NCBI GenBank assembly: GCA_951406725.2
Contig: OX597823.1
Location: 57,350,001-57,414,000 of the forward strand
DNA from: Octopus vulgaris
Lineage: Eukaryota
DNA: 64,000 nt
Direction: 5' to 3'
Shown: positions 24,832-37,906 of the stretch, one piece after another
How the letters are laid out: every line of letters begins with the position of its first letter
Numbering within the stretch: the first letter of the stretch is position 1
Made by a program: the position numbers and the translations under genes
Notes under the pieces: model-generated
The model's database searches: none
Told to the model about the DNA's origin: nothing
What the model saw: only the letters and a program-made list of their open reading frames with translations

Positions 24832-25790
24832 TAGCAATCTTTATCGTACTTGGAAGCATGATCTCTAACACTGGACTCTTGAACGGATATATACTACGTC
24901 ATATGAACTTGACCTCTGCGTATTTCGGAAAGCCGTTTATTAGGGCCAGATCAGACAACTGGGAGCGTTCTATATCGGGTCGATCTAAAGTATTCTCGGT
25001 CTCAAAATGTCTACTACCGAAAACATCTGAAAGCTGGAGAACTACATCCCTGAAGCCTGCGTCCTTCGTCGTCTTCTCTGCCGGGTTGCCAGGTAATTGG
25101 GTAATCGACTCCTAATGATTGACCGCTTCAGCAAGATCGAGACTGCAGATAGGCTTCGTGGACGTCCAAAACCGTGTGTTCATAATCTTACCAAGCGACC
25201 TCTCAATGTTACAGGAAGGCTATTGATAAGAAGGTATGGAGGTCCTTATGTGATACTGGAGTAAAGCGCTTTTAAACCGAACGCAGGAGATTGCATAAAT
25301 GGCAATGGAGACGTCGTCATGAACCCCATGTGGCCTTTGTTCGAGGTAACTTTTCGTATCCTTAGTGCCACAGGATCTGCCTAGCTCAGATAGGTCTTGT
25401 CAGCTGGTCTTGTCTTTCGATGAGAGAAAATGTGCCGGCGACAGAAGAAAATGAACGTACTGGATTGACTCAGTCATCAGATTTGATAGTCGTAATAAGT
25501 CAGCAAATCGCGTATGCAAGCAATCTTTATATCCAACTTAATTGTGTTATTAGCCTTGAAAGACCCTCTGACATAGGTGCATAGGGCATAAAAGCAGAGA
25601 CATAGGTTTGTGTCCGTGGGTCGGCTGCGTTTTTAGGCGTAAGAGAATATATTCTCGATGCGCTTGATGTTAAAACACCTGAAAGTAAGTCATAGGCAAG
25701 CGAGACAATTTACATCAGGTCCCTTTTGTGAGCGACAGCCGTCGATGTTTCATCATTGTTGTGACTTGCCAATGCCGCGTACTTTTAGAC
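24832..25790 (-). pseudogene. Decayed intronless reading frame of unknown family (~315 codons)
   Basis: Manual translation gives protein-like sequence with about 5 stops and one frameshift near 25535; no RT or transposase motif recognised. Confidence 0.5.
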
Positions 25791-25944
25791 GTAAGAGAAC
25801 ACACACACACACACATGCAAACACACACACACACATGCAAACACACACACACACATGCACGCACGTAACTATATGTATATGCGTATAGCAGAAACTCTTG
25901 GCCCTTTAGTTACCCTGCTGCTTCTGCTAAATATTAATAACTTG

Positions 25945-25999
<55 letters not shown>

Positions 26000-27679
26000 G
26001 TCCGTCCGTTATCACGATCCAATGTTTGCGTGTGCTCTACTTTAGTTTATTCCCTCCATCAAATCAACATCGTCTCTACAGGTGCACGGTGTACCACACG
26101 TCAGACGTCTCTTCTACCTGGTGGTTTTCTATCTGTTTGATAGTTTAATTAACGAATTTTAAGGAGCAACTATCTACCTATGCATTGAATTATCCCGTGT
26201 CAGCTACCATCTTGATATATACTTGATATATATGGCATTATGTGTCTATTCATTCGTCTATCCTTTCATTCATTTATACGGAATGCAAGAATCTGGCAAA
26301 TTGTGAAAACTTAAAATGGCGACGAATGAAAATGAAGATAATGAAATAGATTTATCATGAGGATATTGGTGGTACCTGAAAATGAATGTAGTAACCAATC
26401 TAAACACAAGCAAACTGATATTGTTTGGTTAACAAAACGACCACAACCTCGTGAAAATTATCATATGTGCATCTGGCATCCATGTGATATGAAACGTAGA
26501 AAAGAAAATAAACTGCTTGACATTGTTAAGGATCCTGCAAATCCAGCACATATATGCACACATATCCACACACACATGCTCGCGCAAAAGTTAACTTTAT
26601 CTCCATTATTATTGGACATAAGTTTGACTCAAATATGTCAGAAGTTGGATTCTTTGCAGCTGAACTAACTTTTTAAAACACACGATATTGATTATAAAAA
26701 TATGAAAATTCTGAAAATTTAATGAATGAATAGTTGCATATAGGATAACGAAAAGAATAAATATTTCAAAAACTTATAGCGCCACTTATATACTATTGTT
26801 ATGTGAAAATTTTGATTTATTTTCTTTTTTTATAACCTTGCCATTGGAACGAGTGACGAGTCTAACTAGACTGATTCTCTAATCAAGTAGAAAAACCAAA
26901 CATGCATACGTGTATGTATGTACCATGTCTTCAAGTGCCGGAGATCCTTGATCTCTATGCCAAAGTCTGAAGATTCATGATTTGTCCTGGCGAAGATAAG
27001 TAGTGGTTTTTCGTCAATTGCTGCCAGATTATTTACAGATTACTCTGAAGTTCTCCTGTCACAGGATCATCTTTTGCTATTGATCCACAACTGAGGCTCT
27101 TGACAGTTTCTACCCGGGGCACAGCAGACTTGTGAATAGCGGTAACAAATGTGTAGTTCTATAAACTTCCAGACCTCTGAACTCCCAAACTGGAGCCTGA
27201 ATACGGGATGCAGTTTAAAGTATTGCTAAGAACATAAACATGCATATATTATTGAAAAAATAAGCAACAAACAAAAACTGTACATTTAAATTTTCATGCA
27301 CCCTATATCCAGACAAACACAGCTTGCCCGGATACAGGGTGCACACGCAAGTGTTTATTGCTGCTGTTGTCGTTTTTACTGACGTTTTCTTCTTCTTCTT
27401 CTTCTTCTTCTTCTTCTTCTTCTTCTTCTTCTTCTTCCAATCAGGACTCACGCCATTAGTCACAAAGAATAACCTCTAATTCGAGCCTACTCTAAGCTAC
27501 TAAGAATGCGTGTAGAAACTCGAAGATCCACCCACTACAAGCGATAGACTGGAGGTTGCACGGGTGCGAAAGCTCCGTTGTTATCCTCATCCTGAGGTAC
27601 AGAGGATTCGCAATCTAGATCAGGGTCTGAAAGTGTACCACACCATAGTGAGTTACACCATGGTTCCTCTGCTTTGTGA

Positions 27680-27822
27680 CAGAAATAGGAAGAAAGAGTA
27701 AGAGAAAGTTGTGGTGAAAGAGTACATCGAGATTCACAACTACCCGCCGCCAGAGCCTCGTGGAACTCAGGTGTTTTTGCTCAATAAATACTTACAATGC
27801 CCGGTCTGGGAATCGAAACCGC
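27680..27822 (-). mobile_element. SINE family A fragment
   Basis: Matches 28195-28340. Confidence 0.8.
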
Positions 27823-28006
27823 TGTTACTGCTGTTGCTGATGATTAGCAATAGCCATAGATCAGTACCCCCGTGTGTAGACCTATGCCAGGGACGTTGTT
27901 GCCAACGATCATCTCGTTCCCTTTAGCATTTAAACTAGACATATCTAGCCAAAATATTCTACCTGCTTTGAGTTCAAAGTGGCTGTGACAATGCCATTCT
28001 AGAAAT

Positions 28007-28391
28007 GTGGAAGCACTCCGTCGGTTACGACGACGAGGGTTCCGGTTGATCCGAATCAACGGAACAGCCTGCTCGTGAAATTAACGTGTAAGTGGCTGAG
28101 CACTCCACAGACACGTGTACCCTTAACGTAGTTCTCGGGGATATTCAGCGTGACACAGAGAGTGACAAGGCCGGCCCTTTGAAATACAGGTACAACAGAA
28201 ACAGGAAGTAAGAGTGAGATAAAGTTGTGGTGAAAGAGTACAGCAGGGATCACTACCATCCCCTGTTGGAGCCTCGTGGAGCTTTAGGTGTTTTCGCTCA
28301 ATAAACACTCACAACGCCCGGTCTGGGAATCGAAACCGCGATCCTATGACCGCGAGTCCGCTGCCCTAACCACTGAGCCATTGCGCCTCCA
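28007..28391 (-). mobile_element. SINE family A, full length, tRNA(Arg)-like head, 13-bp TSD
   Basis: Minus strand reads A box TGGCTCAGTGG, anticodon-like TCG, B box GGTTTCGATTCC; TSD ccattctagaaat at 27994-28006 and 28392-28404. Confidence 0.92.
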
Positions 28392-30147
28392 CCATTCTAG
28401 AAATAAACTACCACGCCGTTAAAAAGTTTGAATGCGCAAGATTAATTCAAAACAATAAGAATAAATAAGCATTACATTTAACAGAATAATCTGACTGTTA
28501 ATGGGTTAAGGAGGGGTGGGAGTGGGGGTTACTTCAGAAAGATTAAGCTACTCTTTCTAGCAGGTCTGGTGACTACTTAGAAATGTACTACCCTCGTGAT
28601 CAAATTCGGTTTTCCGATTTTGTATTTCATGAATTTTTGTCGAATGAATCGACCCCGCTGCTTATGTATTTTAAAAACCTGGCACTTATTGTATAGAGTC
28701 AATCATTGTATAGATTGTATACTTATTGCATAGAGTCAATCATTTAAACTAAATTATTTATTTATTAGGTGTTATCTATAAAGTCTGATACCTAGTATTT
28801 ACTAGAGGAATATTGAGGCTATAGAACATGCTAATTGATAATAAACTGAGAGGTATAACAGAAGTTTTAAAAGTTTCCGGTGTTAATACATATATGATAA
28901 TATAGTTTCTTAAGGGTGCTTAATTAGGGAGGGCTACTTACATAAAGGCTGACTAAATTAATTCTATTTATTTATTTTCGTAGCTGAGGATAGCTCTGCA
29001 TTTAAAGTGAGGTAATGATTCCATTGTTCAATTGAATGGAACCGCTTGAAACGGTCGTACTGCATCACATTTGGATATCCTGTTGCTTATTTTGATTTTA
29101 TTCACCTTATTTGAAGCTGTATGGATAATTCCGCACTAATTTTTGGTGCCTCTGTTCTACCTTACTGATCATATTATAATTTTTATAGCCTTTATGTAAA
29201 CCTAATTTTTGTACCCTTAGGAATGTTATATTAGCTTAGCACTGATTATAATTATTATATAGTTAGCATGCTCTATCACCCCAGTAGTTCTTTATTAAAT
29301 ACCAGTGAATGCCAGTGAATCAATCTTCATAGATGCCATCTAATAAGTAAATATTTAAGTATATGAATAAATATTAAACTAATTCTATGTAATTTTTCTC
29401 TCTCTATTGTTGTAGATTTTGATATATACTCAAAATTATTCAAAAATTTACCTTTTGGTTATAATATTTTCTTAATATTTTTTCTTGATAATCCTAAATT
29501 TTATTTTTATGCAATATAACAATATTGTTTAAATCAATCGCCTATAGTACCCCATGATAAAAAAATTTCCCCTGTATTATCGTCATTGGTTTTATTAGAG
29601 CCTTGCCCCTTTAACTGGTAATTAACATCTTGATTTAAGATCTTCCTTTACCAAACCTCATTATAGCCAGTTACTTTACACTACTTCAAAATGATCTTGA
29701 CAAGTTTTATGATTATACCCACTGTGATTCTGTCAAATCCCACAAGCCCTTTCCTAACAGACACTGCACTATAGTCTTAGATTTTGATATACAGAGATTT
29801 GATAAACAAGACTATAAAGCAAAACCGACCCAAAAATCAGTGACAAGCTAGAACCCTAACAAGTTTCTTTTTTCCTGGTGTCTTAGTAGCTTCTAAGCTG
29901 AAGTGAAAACAGCATGGACTTTGTCTTCTTACTCTCTTAGAGGATTTAAGTACTGGGGTCGATTTATTGGATTGAGCCCTTCATAGTGGTGCCCTTGCAT
30001 GGCCGCTGTCCAGTGACTGAAACAAGTTACAGTTATAAAATAAATAATAAAAGTTCTTTACTTGCTTCAAAGTGCAATGCAAGTGCGATCATATGTTGGT
30101 GACATATCTCATAAAGATAAAAAAATATATAAACAATAGTACTCTCG

Positions 30148-30197
30148 GGTATATGGCGTAGTGGTTAAGAGCGCGGGCTACCAGCCCCAAGATTCCG
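30148..30197 (+). pseudogene. Tailless 50-bp tRNA/SINE-head retrocopy with perfect 13-bp TSD
   Basis: tggcgtagtggttaagagcgcgggct... ends before the B box; aatagtactctcg at 30135-30147 and 30198-30210. Confidence 0.8.
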
Positions 30198-30300
30198 AAT
30201 AGTACTCTCGTGTCGTCAAAAACCAGGATATTTGTTTTTAACATAGAGAATATTCTTGCTTTAAGAAAATCACTTTCTATTCTGCTTGCATGTTTGCGAG

Positions 30301-30373
<73 letters not shown>

Positions 30374-31437
30374 TTATCTATTCATCTGTCTATCTATCTA
30401 CCCACCTACCTAAAAATGATGGAGACGGAAAATGAAATATACGAGAAAGTTTATTACTCAAAACGATCGTTTCGACCCACTTTGCATCGATCCCTCGTGG
30501 ATGGGATATTGTACAACTGGGTGTGGTGCATCCCTCGGGACAGAGACGCCACGTCAGATGATGTTACAAGGGACATTATGTATATACATGGATATATATA
30601 TATATATATATTACGTCCAGGGACAGAAATACTGGTTAGTCATGCATGGATACTCCCTTGATAGCAACTGATATGGGCCAAAACAACAACACATAAATTT
30701 TACAGATTCTTGCACTAAGTATATGACGCCGGTGATATGATCTGTTAAATTTTATTTTCGTGACACTCAAGAAAATATATTGGTATGTGGAGAACTTTAT
30801 ATCAATGTAAATACGAATAAATTGGATTTTGTGATCTTTCATCAACCATGTTTACTGAAAAACTTCAATGAAATTGTGTTGTAAACAAGATACTATAAAT
30901 AGAAAGTATTTCTTTTTACTTAAAAGAAAAAAAGACATCGTCTTTTTTTTCTTATTGAGCAGTTGAAAAAAAAAACTTAACTATATCATATGCCGAAAAA
31001 AAAAACGAAAACAACATTACATATATGATAAAGGAAACAGCATTGCAGTCTGGGCTAAAGATATGTATGACAACAACACAACAAACATAATGTACCTAAG
31101 AGAATAGTAAGTGTGTCTGTGTATACACATATAGACATATGCCAGTATTTACATATATATGCATATATATGTATGTACGTATATGTTGGTATGTGTATGT
31201 GTACATTATATATATACTTAGGAAGTGCTGGGTGCTGAAACATTTTTAGCTTTAAGGGTGTCGTGAAAGGCCTAGCTGGAGGCTCAACCAACCGACTTCT
31301 TTTACAGATCTTAGAAAAGCTGAAAGACCATTACATTAAGCGTGTGAATATGAGAGGGGAATATGTTGAATAAATCATAATTAAATGATCCCCCTGTACT
31401 TTCTGTTACTCAGAGCAGGGTACTTTTCAGCAGCCCT

Positions 31438-31471
<34 letters not shown>

Positions 31472-31618
31472 TATATATGTATATATATAGGTATGTATAC
31501 ACACATGAATACGTTAAATTATAAGGCACAAAAAGAAAATGACTCTCCCCAGACACAACACAATATGCTTCAGCACACGAACTCACATTAAGAATCTTGC
31601 AAACCAAATCCAAAAACG

Positions 31619-31660
<42 letters not shown>

Positions 31661-32140
31661 TCTTTTTTTTTTACTGTTTTCAGTCATTTGACTGCGGCCA
31701 TGCTGGAGCACCGCCTTGACGGGTTTTCATCGAACACATCGACGCCAGGACTTACTTTTTAAGCCAAATACTTATTTTCTGTCTATATGTTGAACTGCTG
31801 AGTTACGGGCACATAAGCACACCAGCCCCGTTTATCAAGTGCTGATGGGTGAGGGTCAAACACAGACACAAAGACACGCAGAGTTGTATGTACATATACA
31901 TATATGTGTCTGTGCGTGCGTGTGTGTGTGTGTGTATACGACGGGCTTTTTTTAGTGTTCGTCTACCAAATCCACACACAAGGCTTTGGTCAGTCCGAGG
32001 CTGTATTAGAAGATACTTGTCCAAGGTGCTACGCAGTGGGACTGAACCCGGAATCATGTGGTTGGTAAGCAAGCTATTTACCACATAGCCCAACTATGTG
32101 GTTGGGAAACAAACTTATTACCACGCAGCAACGCCTGCGC
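31661..32140 (-). mobile_element. SINE family B with partially duplicated head
   Basis: Reverse-complement match to 11603-12010. Confidence 0.85.
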
Positions 32141-32605
32141 ATACACGCCCCACACACAGAAACATATATGCATATATTTACCTACATATTTGTATATTAT
32201 ACATCTCAACGTAACCATAAAATTACCAAAGCAGGACTGTTATATTAGTTTGATATTAAAGAGAATGGCTAAATTAAAACTAAGTTACAAGAAAGAAAGT
32301 AAGCGTGTGAATTTAGTGATTCTTTTCGTTTACTATGTAGCTTATGAATGGCGCCTTGGCGAAGACATTATAGACTTGAAGTTAGGTGAAACAGAACGAT
32401 TAGACAGAAGGGCAAGGTGAAAAATGATGGCTTCTCTTTCAACGTGTGGCTTGAAAATAAATTTATACATCAAAGAAGGGTTATGTAACTAGATGTGAAT
32501 AGTAAATACACACACACACACATGGTTATTCCAATATAGACAGGTACACAGGTCTATTTTGATAGACAGAGACATTATACAAATAACAACATACGGAGAT
32601 ATACG

Positions 32606-32642
<37 letters not shown>

Positions 32643-32678
32643 TTATTTATTTTTATATATATAAATATATATCTATAT

Positions 32679-32757
<79 letters not shown>

Positions 32758-33074
32758 CCATTAAAACAGACATACTTATATAAAACACGCATGTGTATAT
32801 ATATACATACATTTGTATGTATATACGTATATATCTATCTATCTATAATTATCTCTATATTCGTGTGGGAGAATGTATGATCGTGTGTGTGTGTGTGTGT
32901 GTTGGTAAGTACGTGCGCGCTTGAATGTCTGTTTGTGTATACCAAGTTATATTACTAAGTACGTAAATATGTTTTTTATCTATTTAAACATGAACTCATT
33001 TTTATACATGCGTATATTTGGGTGTGCACACACCTATAAACATTTACATACATATGCATACCTATGTACATAAG

Positions 33075-33129
<55 letters not shown>

Positions 33130-33143
33130 GTATATACATATAT

Positions 33144-33192
<49 letters not shown>

Positions 33193-33431
33193 CATGTGTT
33201 TCTGTATGCATGATCTATGTATGAATTACATAGATCAATGCACATATATTATCCAGATCAGAACATTAAAAAAAATTGGAAAATTGCTTAATATTTATGC
33301 TGAAAGCGGTGACTGAGTACAGCATGCTGGAAATGTAGTTTAGAAACCGACTGCAAAAAATATATATCCAGATTGTTGTAAGCATTTTAAAGTAGAGAGA
33401 TCAACTTGGGCGGCCGAAAGAATGTGTCGGA

Positions 33432-33520
33432 GAAGAAGAAGAAGAAGAAGAAGAAGAAGAAGAAGAAGAAGAAGAAGAAGAAGAAGAAGAAGAAGAAGAA
33501 GAAGAAGAAGAAGAAGAAGA
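33432..33520. repeat. (GAA)n microsatellite
   Basis: Direct reading. Confidence 0.95.
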
Positions 33521-33906
33521 AAAACAAGAAAAATACACAAGTATTCTTGTGTTCTAGTAAGATATTTCAATTAGAAATGCTAGACTGGAATTGCGTAAAA
33601 CCAGACACCGAACAATGAGATTGTAAGTTTCGACATGGTCGCTTGACCTTTCTGGAATTATCAAGAAGATTCCAATACCAATTATTGCAATGACCGAAGC
33701 CAACAACAGAGTGTATACGGAGTCTCTGATCCTGCTAGAAATAGCAACTCTCTAATAGAAACATCGTCTTTTCCCCCTCCTGTTCTTTCCCATCCTCCGT
33801 CTCATCATCGTCATCATCGTTATCATCGTCATAAAAATAACAGTAAAAGAAAAATGAAGGAAATTAAACGACAGCAACAACAACATGAACAACTAGATAC
33901 AAAAAT

Positions 33907-35530
33907 ATGGGGGTTATTTTACTTGTGTCGCTCCTCGTCCCAAAGGTAATAAACAAATTGTACCTTAGGTCGCACAAGAAAGAAAAAACATTGAATAATG
34001 TAGTCCTGGATACATGGTTCCTGACAAATTTAGAAAAACAAAATAGGATGATTACCTTTTTGTTACACTTCTGCTCGGCAATGATCGGCCCTGGGCTAAA
34101 CAAAATCAACAAGAGATAGGCACAGAACGAAGAAGGAATCTTAACGTGGTCGGTCGATCTTTCCAAGAAGGCAATCAAGTCTTACCTCGTATTCCATCCT
34201 ACCATCTTCATAACAGGGCACATTGAATTAAGTCTTAAATACATAGATTGAAAAACAAAGGAAAGGGTAGATAGTGACGGAATATTTTGTTCTTTCATAG
34301 GGCTGTTGAACTAAACAGCCACAATAACAATTAGAAAAGCAATTTGCAGAAGAAACTGTAATGATGAAACATTCTATAACGCAGCCACTGTACTGAGAAT
34401 AAACGAAAGAGTAGTTCCAGACAAGTTATTTTGCCAAAATATTAGGTGTTTCTTCGGCAATTACTGTTGGTACGGAGTGTTTACAGAAATGGCTATGACT
34501 AACTAATTAGGTGTGTTACCGTCAAATATTTCACACTAGCACTATAACACGTCATACTTCAAGCCTATTTAGTCTAGATTTATGTTTTACCTTTCTAATC
34601 TGTTTCAGAATTTGTTCCAGGATGTAGCATATCCGTTATTAACATCATTACTGACGATGAATTTGAATCTATTCTTGGTCACTGTTTAGAATCTGATCCG
34701 GTCCTTTTGGCTATGTCTACGGAATTCCATACAACGAATGAAGCCCTGTAAATGCTTCTGAAGTTCGCTGAGCTGACACGTACAACATTTATACCCCATC
34801 GTAATGTTATTATCAGTCCGAATATGCTCGAGGCGCGTTCGAACTGGAGAACAAGTTACTCACTGCGTTTTGTCACGGAAAATACATCCCGTTTGTTGAC
34901 AAAAGGCAAAATTCGACATCGGTGGAATTTGAACTCAGAACGTAAAGACAGACGAAATACACGCGTCCAGAGATATTCTTTTCTGCTATAAGCACAAAGC
35001 CTGAAATTTTGGGGGAGGGATGCCAGTTGATAAGATCGATCCTAGTACGCAACTGATACGTAATTTATCGACCCCGAAAGGATGAAAAGCAAAGTCGACC
35101 TCGGCGGAATTTGAACGTAGAACATAAAGGCGTGCTTAACGTTTCTGCCAGCTCGCCGCCTTACGCGTCCAAAGATATTATTTTGTTAATGGGTTTACAC
35201 TAGTCGAGACGAAATTTAGCATCTGGAGTTGCTGGCGACGGTGTGCCCACAAACAGGCCAGAGTAGTAGGTTTCTAGTAACGGGATCAAATATAGACTTA
35301 TGCTTCTTCAAAGCATAGATTATGCAGATATGCCATTGCTGGTGATTTGAGAGTTGTTTTCAGCTCGCGTCCTCGGTTGAAGAATGCTACACTAGATTTC
35401 TATGAGGACATTAGTGTGGTGTAATCTCTTTTAATTCTCTTCTGGTGTTCCCGTTCTCATGTTATTGATATGCGGCAGCTTAGACTAGGCGTAGTTTTGC
35501 AATCAATACACGTGAGTTCTGTAGGATTTG
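33907..35530 (+). pseudogene. Decayed coding-like island of unknown family, interrupted by SINE C
   Basis: 33907-34506 reads ~200 codons in one frame with 3 internal stops; 34608-34905 reads ~100 codons in another frame with 1 stop; coding-like sequence continues after the SINE. Confidence 0.4.
34978..35162 (-). mobile_element. SINE family C variant, 17-bp TSD
   Basis: acgcgtcca(g/a)agatatt at 34961-34977 and 35163-35179; a further family C fragment lies at ~34903-34960. Confidence 0.85.
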
Positions 35531-35929
35531 TTCAAGAGAAAATGTAATATTTTATTATTTCTATTACATTGGTTAGCTTTCTTATGCCATTCATTGCCGA
35601 TCCCAATTTAGTAGGCTCGCGTCCCTCAATGTTTCCTAACTTGTTGCTCAAGAACCTATTTTATTTTATTTTATTTACCTTTTTTTAGTTTATGAAAATT
35701 CTGCCTCTCAGTTTTTAGTCTACGCACGGCGGTATACACATCATTTTATGATCGGTAGATTAGTGAGATAGGTTCGTTACATGTCGTGGACCTATCGAAG
35801 CGGCTGAGCACGGGGTCTAGAGAAATGATGCGGTTATTGATATTACTGCTACCAACAATATCAACTGGAGAGGAATTAGAATTAGAATGACAACTATTTC
35901 TACTACTATCTACTACTCGCGGACTATTG

Positions 35930-36888
35930 CAGAGCGACCGTAAAAGATGATAATCTTTAGGCGCTATATCAATAGAATACTGTAGGTAAGACAGACCCTC
36001 CCCCAAAATCTCTTGGATAGCATTTTTGGTCAAATTAACGAGGTAGAGGCAAGCGTTGTCGTGTTGAAGAAGCACGCCGTGTCGCAGGCTGAGCCTTCCA
36101 GAGGAACTGCCACGTAGAATCGGTGCATTTGTCGACCATAAAGTTCTGTATTGAGTATGTGGTTGTTTTCAAGCACTTCACAGTGGATTAGCCCTTTTGA
36201 ATTTTATCAAGTGTATATCATTGACTTGCATGGATGTAGCTGTGGCTTGGCTCGAGGTGTTGCTTGCTTGTCGAGGCTCAGCCATTCTTTCATTTGTTAC
36301 ATATTGGAATAAAGGCACCAAATTTCAGTCGCCGGTGACGATGCGGTAAAAAAATCTCTATTTGTGTCCACGATTAGCCTAGCGACGATTGAGCGAACTG
36401 GTAGCGATAGAGCATTTGTCATCGATGCAGCCAAAATTTGGACCTTGTCTTTCGAGTGAATGGGACAGGCGACAGTATCATGAGAGCATCTCATTTCTTG
36501 AACTAATTCCCTAATGGATCGGCGCGGACTCTCGTGGGCATGATCATTTAATCGATCCTCATTGAACTGAAGAGGATGTGAGGTCGAATTTCATATGTGC
36601 AATTCTTTCAGTAATAGCTCCTTATCCGTTCACCGCACAAATGACTCAGCATCTTTGAATCTTCGGAAATTTGACTGAAAACAGTCAATAATGGTCAGTT
36701 TTGTTTGTCTGTCTACTTGTCCACTGTTTTTGGTCTATTTAACATTGTTATATGTCCGAAAAGAGGTAAAAATCTATTCGAGTTTCAAAAACTGTACAGA
36801 AAACATGTAGGGAAAGAATGAAGCTATAAAAGAAAAGAAAACGCTATAAAGAGCAGAACGATATATATATTTTCGCGTTAATTCAAAT
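35930..36888 (-). mobile_element. Defective mariner transposase relic
   Basis: Minus strand RIVTGD, LLQHDNA, YSIDIAPKDYHLL (YSPDLAP motif); 3' end lost. Confidence 0.85.
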
Positions 36889-36924
36889 AACATTGGAAAG
36901 AAGGGAACAACTTTATCTGACATC

Positions 36925-36985
36925 ACTATGCATACATACATACATACGTATATATAAAGCTATATATATGTATATATACATATGT

Positions 36986-37035
<50 letters not shown>

Positions 37036-37172
37036 ATATATATATATACATACATATACATATACATACATATATATATACATACATACATATGTACATA
37101 CATACATACATATATACATACATATACATACATATATACATACATACATACATATATACATACATATATACG

Positions 37173-37228
<56 letters not shown>

Positions 37229-37245
37229 TATATGTATATATATAC
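36925..37245. repeat. (TA)n/(TACA)n microsatellite
   Basis: Direct reading. Confidence 0.95.
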
Positions 37246-37906
37246 AAATTTATTTTCGGACGGTTGATGGACAAATAGAAACACGGTGCCAATGAAACAA
37301 TAATAATTACAAAGTGATTCACTTTACTGTTATTATTAATGGATTTCACAAACTCTTTCGCCATGTAGTAAGTTATCCGTGACTGTCTTCTCTCGCTCTC
37401 TTTCTCTCTCTTGTTCTCCCTGCTCTTTCACTTCATCCCTCTCCCCCCTCTCTCTCTCTTTGTCTTTCTTTCTGGGTATCTGGTAATTACATATATTGCT
37501 GGTGGTGAAGAAGTGTGCGAAATGCAAAATCATATAAAATAATTAGGAACGCGCGCACGCGCATACGCACAAGCATTCGCATGCACACACACATGCGCGT
37601 GCACACACACAGTGAGGTACGCACGCACACACACAATGAGCCACGCACTCACACACACAGAGGGAGAGAGATATGCGTATAAATGTGTGCCAGTACGAAT
37701 GTATATTTATATATATGTGGATGTGCGTAGATGTGTGCTCCGGTATCGGTGTGTAGATGTGTATAGTGATTATATATGTGTGAAATATAAGTCGATATAT
37801 CTGGGTGTATATACAGAGAAAGATGAATAGTGAAACTAGCTAGCACGCCTGTGTGCACATGCACACAGAGATGGTTAAAAAGATAGACAGAAACTAACAA
37901 CAGTTA

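Noticed and set aside
28315-28391. tRNA-Arg-like gene (also 55675-55750 and 60405-60477)
   Set aside because: It is the head of a TSD-flanked SINE; the acceptor stem does not close
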